DNA of 63,851 nucleotides, filler included, from Asterionella formosa (taxonomy: Eukaryota), in assembly GCA_002256025.1 (NCBI GenBank). It is 9 parts of 9 records of this genome, joined end to end, with 100 filler letters (N's around TTAATTAATTAA, not from the genome) between each part and the next. Parts side by side here need not be neighbours in the genome. Positions count along the whole stretch, not along the records: positions 56,857 to 63,851 come from NKIB01012554.1; 8 more parts are not named here. One strand, given 5' to 3'. The notes beneath the pieces are model-generated. The model worked only from the letters and a program-made list of their open reading frames with translations. It searched no databases and had not been told where the DNA came from. The stretch's first letter is position 1, and every line of letters starts with the position of its first letter. Positions 57,673 through 63,851 of the stretch are shown here, piece by piece. Both the position numbers and the translations under genes were made by a program.

Positions 57673-60600
57673 ATGTCAGATTCCTGTGTCTACGTCAAGG
57701 ACAAGACAGAAGCCTGGCTGCCTGCCACCATCCTGAGCCAACATGGAGACAAGGTACAAGTCAAGGTCTTTCCAGTGGAAGGGGGGACCGAGGAGGGGAC
57801 TGTCCGAGAGATTTCACTCGGGGACTATTCGAGCAAGGCGTTGCCGCTTCAAAATGTGGACCCATCAGGACACTTGATGGAAATGGCGGATATGGTGGAC
57901 CTCCCCTCCCTACATGAGGTACGTTTTGCCTGCTGTTCTTGCTGTTCTTGCTACTACATATATTCTTACAATATGGATTGATTTTCTACTATTTCACTGA
58001 TTCATATTTTTGGTTTTGCACCCCCTCCCTACCATCCATCCATCCATTATAGGCTGCCATTCTCTACAATCTCAGATCAAGGCACCTGAACAAAAAACCC
58101 TACACGCGAGTTGGTGACTTGATTATCGCTGTCAATCCCTTTCAGTGGATGAAGGAACTATACAGTGACAGTGTTAGAGATCGATACGTGTCGCAATTAA
58201 TTTACAATGGTACGTTCATCGAGGGTTCCAGCAAAAAAGTGTTTGTTTATTTATTTACATATACAAGAATGTCTCACTCTCTCTCGCACACACAAAATAT
58301 GGCTACTTCCCCCCCCCTGGATGGCAAGCATCAATCCATTCTAGTGTCTGGAGAATCAGGAGCTGGAAAGACGGAAACGGTCAAAATTGTCATGTCCCAT
58401 TTGGCCAGTGTCCAGCATGGTGCAGATGAACCAGATAAGAAGCATCACTTGGTCGTTCAACGAGTCCTGGACTCGCATCCATTGTTAGAAGCATTTGGAA
58501 ATGCCAAGACAGTCCGGAATGACAATTCAAGTCGGTTTGGAAAGTTTATTCAAATGCAATTTGATGTGGAAGATGCCACCACGGCTGCCTTTTCGGGACG
58601 AGCTGTGCCCAATTGTGTTTTGGCAGGAAGTACGTGTGAAACGTACTTGCTGGAAAAATCGAGAGTTGTGGGGCATGAAATAGAGGAGAGGACCTATCAT
58701 ATTTTTTATCAACTCTTGAATGCTCCAAATGAAACCAAGCGAGAGTTTTGGAGTGGATTGGTGGACAAGGGACCGCAGGACTTTCGGTATGTAGGGCATA
58801 CCGACACGGTCACGATTGAAGGCAAGACAGATGCAGAGCGATTCGCTGTGACGCACAAGGCTTTGACAGTGTTGGAGATTAAGGGAGACAAGTTGAGAAC
58901 CTTATTTTCGGCAGTTTGTGTTGTCTTGCAATTGGGAAATTTAGTGGTGGAGGCGGATCCGAGTGACGGAGAAAAATCAGTGATCACATCGAGTGATCAA
59001 TTGAAAATCTTGTCGGAACTCATGGGGATACAAAAGGAATTTTTGGAAAGCTCCTTGACCCATCGAACTGTCGTGGCTGGAAAAGAGTCATACAAAGTGC
59101 CAATGAAGGCAAGTGATGCGCAAGATGGATGTGATGCCTTCGCCAAGGAGATTTATCAGCAAGTATTTGATTGGCTGGTTCGAGAGGTCAATGCTGTTAC
59201 TTGCGCAGAAGCCAACTACAAAGATGCTGCTGATGTTGATGAATATGGATTAATTGGACTCTTGGATATTTTCGGCTTTGAGTCCTTTGAGGTCAACCGA
59301 TTTGAACAGCTGTGCATCAATTACACCAATGAAAAGCTGCAGCAAAAATATACTCAGGACATTTTCAGATCCGTGCAAGATGAGTACTCGCATGAAGGTA
59401 TTGAGCTCGGGGAAATATCGTTTGAGGACAACGCCGAAGTCTTGCGGTTAATTGAAGGAAAGATTGGTATCATTTCTGTATTGAACGAAGAGTGCGTACG
59501 TCCCAAGGGTAACGATGTTGCCTTTGTGTCCAAGGTCAAGACTGTCAGCAAGGATATTACTTGCCTTCTCAGTGAGAAACTGCATAAACCGACTGAATTT
59601 GGAATTCAGCATTATGCTGGACCTGTCACGTACGATTCAACCAACTTTGTACAAAAGAATACGGATGCTCTGCCCAAGGACTTGCTCGAATGCGCTTCGT
59701 CTAGTACAAACGAATTAATAAGAGTTGAACTTCAGGCTGCTGCTGATAGGAAAGAAGAAAAGACTTCCAAACGAGGAGCGGCAACGTTGACTGTGGCTAC
59801 CAAATTCAAGGCTCAGCTGGTAACACTCATGCACGACGTGTCCAAAACCAAGACGCGGTATATTCGTTGCATCAAGCCCAACCCAGAAAAAGTACCAATG
59901 AAAATGAACATGTATTCGTCTGCTGAGCAGCTTCGATGTGCAGGTGTTGTCGCGGCCGTAACCATTTCACGAGTTGCCTTTCCCAATAGGCTCATGCACG
60001 AAACGGCCTTGGAACGTTTTAATTGTTTGTCAGATGTGAGTCTTCAAAAGTTTGCAGATGAAAAGAAGGAACTAAGCGAAAACGACGTTACTGGCTATCG
60101 TGAAGCCGTGAGCCGCGTTTTGAGTGTGCTTCTCAAGCAGCTAGAAGTAACGAGCGACAATGGAACCACGGTGAAGGCCTTTGAATGTGGTAGAAGTAGG
60201 GTGTATTTCCGTACTGGTGCTCTTGAATTCTTGGAAGCCAAGCGCCTCGTTGCACTTGGCGTGTTGGCGACTGCTATTGAACGAATTGCTCGGGGTTTCA
60301 CAGCCAGGTCGATTTACTGGAAACTCAGAGATTCTGCTGTGGACTCGCAAGCTAACGCTAGACGTACACTTGGTAGGAAAAAGTTCCTCCGAGAAAAGGC
60401 AGCTGGTCTCACCATTGAGTGTTGGATTAGGTGTGTTTTTGCCAAGAGAGAACGTCGTCGCTTACAACGTCAAAAGGCATCCATTGAAATTCAATCTAAG
60501 TGGCGATCAGTTGTTGCCGTTAAAATGCTTAAGGCGAGCATTGCGGCTTCTACAATTATTGAGAAGATTGTTCGTGGGGCTATTCAACGTCCAAAATATC

Positions 60601-61748
60601 GCCAAGCTCTGAAGGATGCCGAAGAAGAGGCTAGAGTGAATACTAAGCTAGCAGCGTTGCAGAAGCGATTGCACGATGCGGAAATGAAGTGGTTCCAAGC
60701 AGATAAGATGAGGCTAGAAGCTGAAAAGAGGGCAGAAGGCGTTGCTTTAGGAAAAGCCCCAACCCTTCAAGCTGATTCTCTCGTCGATTCTGACGATGAA
60801 AAGAAATCTGATGGAGTTCCACTTGCACAACAGCAGGCCTTGATCGACGAGAGTAATGAGATGCTCGAATACTTTCGCAAAGAAGTATTCAAGCTAAAGA
60901 GTATGAACTACTTGCTTCGTACTGACCTTACCACGCTCAAGCACGACCACCAGACCTTGCAAATGCACAAGGAGTCAGTGGAAGCATCACATGAAGCTTT
61001 GAAACAAAATTGGAACAGAATGAGCCAACAGAACATGAAATTGAACGTTCAAGTTGTCGAGCAGAAAAATAAGATTACCAGTCTTGCCCAAAAAGTGAAG
61101 ATTGACACTTTACGTTATGAGAATGAATTGCAGAGACAGGAGGAAGCAATTCTAGGACGTGACAAGCAACACGGTGCCGAAATTGTCCGCTTGAAGCGCG
61201 AGCTCGAAAAGCTGCAAGCAGTCATTACAAAGGGACCTACCATGACCCAAGCAGAACACATTATGGAAAGGGCCACATTCCGGCAGTTGAATCGAAGGAG
61301 TGTGCTGGGAACTGGCCATGTCGCAATTCAAAGTCCTTCAATTTCAAGATCTACATCAATGGAGAATATGTCGATTGGAGGGTCTACAGTATCAGAGGAG
61401 GAGTGGCCCGCCTTGCCCAGGAGTGCTCGCGGAGAGTCAAAGCAAGCCCGCAGCAAGAACCATCAAGGACGTATGCATCATCATTGGAAGGGAAGACCTC
61501 CTGCCATCTCGACAGTGTACGCATCCTTCAGTGGCGGAAGGCGACCCAGTCGAACGCTCCAACCAAAGTCTACTCCAAACTCCTCCCTGGCTGCTGCTGC
61601 GGCTGCAGGCGGAGGAAGTCGAAGGCTTTTTTCACCCCAAAATTCAGGGCTGTCTTCCCCTGCTGCCAAGAAGAATGTTGATGCTATATCCCGTATCAAT
61701 TCGAGCAGCAGCCTCGCGAAGGCTGCCAAACGAGGAAAGAAAGAATAA
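57673..61748 (+). CDS. Myosin heavy chain (motor, IQ-like neck, coiled coil, Ser/Arg-rich tail). Exon 1 57673-57918, exon 2 from 58053
   Basis: DMVDLPSLHE|AAILYNLRSR..KPYTRVGDLIIAVNPF across the GT-AG intron 57919-58052. P-loop GESGAGKT, switch I NDNSSRFGKF, switch II LLDIFGFE and YIRCIKPN. There is an anomaly at 58210-58317 (see findings). Confidence 0.92.
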
Positions 61749-62229
61749 ATGAATTGGTTGGACTAAATAATAGTATTCATCGGAGTTTCGCTTATTCCCA
61801 TTTCTACACAAGACTAGAAGCAGCTTCTCCTCATCAAGAAATTTTGTGGTTGTGTTCCTTTTCAGTTAAATGGGTAACATTAGTTAGTCAATGAAACAAT
61901 ATCCTAAACGTTGGCTGATGTGTGATGATGTAAGATATAATTTACTCAGAACTGGTGTATTGCAGTCATCATACCGGTTATGAATGGCTTTTAGCCATTT
62001 TATTATATTGTTTTTCGACTAATTCTGGGTTTATGCTAAAATCGATACCCTCTTTCGCCAGTTAAAAGGCTACATGATAATTAGATCATTTTTACTTGAA
62101 CATTTATTAACTGAGATCTATCCATATTAAAAATGACAAAACCGGTCAAAGTGGCTCAAAGCTATTGATTAACATTTACCATACTTGTAATAAAGACCTG
62201 ATCAACGAGGGTTCCAGTGATTTCATTTC

Positions 62230-62800
62230 TCAAATTTTTAGTCCAGATGGGGGAATCAAAGCGGTGGGTTGATTATTGTTTGCTTCTGTTTGGAGATTTG
62301 AGGTACTTGTCAGTTGAATTTCCAGATGGAGCAAAAAGTTGCAGCTCAATTCACCCCAACCTTGTGCAGCAACAGCTTTTGGTTTGTAGCGATACAAGCA
62401 AAGGATTCATCCCAAGCTTTCAACACCAGATCAACAATGTCATCCTTTTCAACAACAAGTGCAGCATGGCGCCTTTCCTTTTGAGTGAGTAAGTCTCTCT
62501 TGCATTTCGTGAGTGCTATTTTAAATGAACCATTTTGTTCTGCACTGTCCCTGACTTGCCAGTGTGATGTGCCATACGGCACCCCAATGCAGATGTTCCA
62601 TTTCGTTGCAGCTTTGTTGATGTATTGCAGGAACAGTAGGTCGAATCTGTAACCATGGCCATCGAGGATAAGAAAGGGTGGGACTCCATCGGTTTGGTCG
62701 AAAACTCCGATTCTGTTGACAGTCTTTAGCATTTGCACAAACAACTCCTCAGTGATGCGTTCACTTTTGGAGTAGCAGCAAAAGATAGGCATGTGGTGGC
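62230..62800 (-). mobile_element. Degenerate pogo/Tc1-like DDE_1 transposase fragment
   Basis: PFLILDGHGYRF..FLQYIN....WNICIGVPYGTSHWQVRDSAEQNGSFK, then a frameshifted GWGEL block. Confidence 0.8.
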
Positions 62801-63103
62801 CTGTCATCACTTTTGCTTCTTGTACTTCATTATTTCTCACCCTTGCAACACTTGCACCATCACTACTCATGAATGTTTCAACTGGGACATGGATATTAAT
62901 ACTTGAATTTGCTGTCAGGGTAAAAAATGATGAGGTTTGTGTTGCCAACAACTTTGAATCCTTTAGTGTGATGGTAGCAAGTAATTGAACTATTGAATGA
63001 GTTGCCTTTCCCGCCTGATGAAGGTAAAAATGGTTCGATTTTGCACCATATGGTAGTTTGTTTTTCATTTGGCTGCCTTTAAAGTTTCTAATTCAATAAC
63101 TAT

Positions 63104-63851
63104 CGTCTGCAAATAAAAACCATCATATATCCATGATGCATCATAGGATTACGATCATCTGATCATAATTTTTCGTTTTATCATCTAATAATTTTGATAA
63201 ATGCCCTCGTCATTTAAATAGTAACACTTTTGACTATGGAAATTAATGTTGGTGATGCAGCATATACATTGTCAGATGTCATGTTAGTTCCATTTGTTGG
63301 TTCTCAGCGTGATGACCAAACACCATCTGCAAATAAAAACCATCATATTTGCATGATGCATCATAGGATTATGATCATCTGATCATAATTTTTCGTTATA
63401 TCATCCAATAATTTTGATAAATGCCCTCGTAATTTAAATAGTAACCCTTTTGACTATGGAAATTTAATTATTATATGTATTTGTTCTTTTAGGTTCCTTT
63501 ATTTAAATTTCTTGGTAGGATAATGTACCAATGAAAGTAATGTGGTTTGGCTCATCATCCTTGCCAGTCCTCACTCTGATTCTTGCAACAACAACAAACC
63601 AGCCTTGTCGAGAGGAACGAGTGTTTGTGATAAAATCTTCATTTGTCGTTCAAGTCATCACATGTCTTCGATGAATCATCATCTACATTGCACAGTATGT
63701 TTGTATGCGATCCGTTAAGAGCTTGAAAAGAAATCCAATGAAAACGAAATGGCTCATCACACAAGACGAATATTTCCGGCCGGTCTGTCACCAGACCATC
63801 AATCAGTGTTACAACCTCAATCCTAGCTAAACAACATCCATTATAGAACAG
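63104..63851 (-). repeat. Dispersed repeat family B: short copy 63104-63245 and long copy 63324-63851
   Basis: Both copies begin CRTCTGCAAATAAAAACCATCAT on the + strand. The long copy is the reverse complement of 19101-19624. Confidence 0.9.

Noticed and set aside
62800..63068. N-terminal part of ORF 62346-63068 as transposase
   Set aside because: Transposase motifs begin only near MPIFCC. The upstream part looks like unrelated sequence that happens to be in frame.
19101..63851. Giant element bounded by 520-bp inverted repeats (also 5202 versus 43280)
   Set aside because: The copies are on different contigs joined artificially, so orientation and distance are meaningless.
1..63851. tRNA, rRNA, Fanzor/TnpB or viral hallmark genes
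   Set aside because: I recognised no cloverleaf, rRNA, RuvC or capsid/polB motifs by eye. A covariance-model or HMM search is needed to exclude them.

Overview
Eukaryotic nuclear DNA, almost certainly a diatom or close ochrophyte. The evidence is a bipartite plastid presequence, a PGRL1-like fragment, CoDi-type Copia elements and short GT-AG introns. The window is not one locus. It is nine contigs of about 7.0 kb (7018, 7017, 7014, 7012, 7002, 7005, 6998, 6990 and 6995 bp) joined by artificial 100-nt N44-TTAATTAATTAA-N44 spacers, so nothing across a spacer is linked. Host genes: a membrane-anchored LRR protein with a broken tandem copy, a Tat-targeted thylakoid-lumen protein, a sulfotransferase-like protein, a small GPI-anchored Pro-rich protein, a ThrE-family exporter, Pol5/MYBBP1A, a DUF1647 protein and a myosin heavy chain. 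Most of the rest is decayed mobile DNA. It includes Copia remnants, two different tyrosine-recombinase (Crypton) lineages, a Kolobok/Mutator-like transposase paired with a P2X7-ballast/KolX-like ORF, a two-ORF Harbinger, a pogo-like transposase and unclassified dispersed repeats. The strongest unexplained signal is a roughly 30-fold excess of the palindrome TACCGGTA, with related TACCWGGTA arrays, outside host coding sequence. All family assignments come from motifs recognised by eye. No database search was run.
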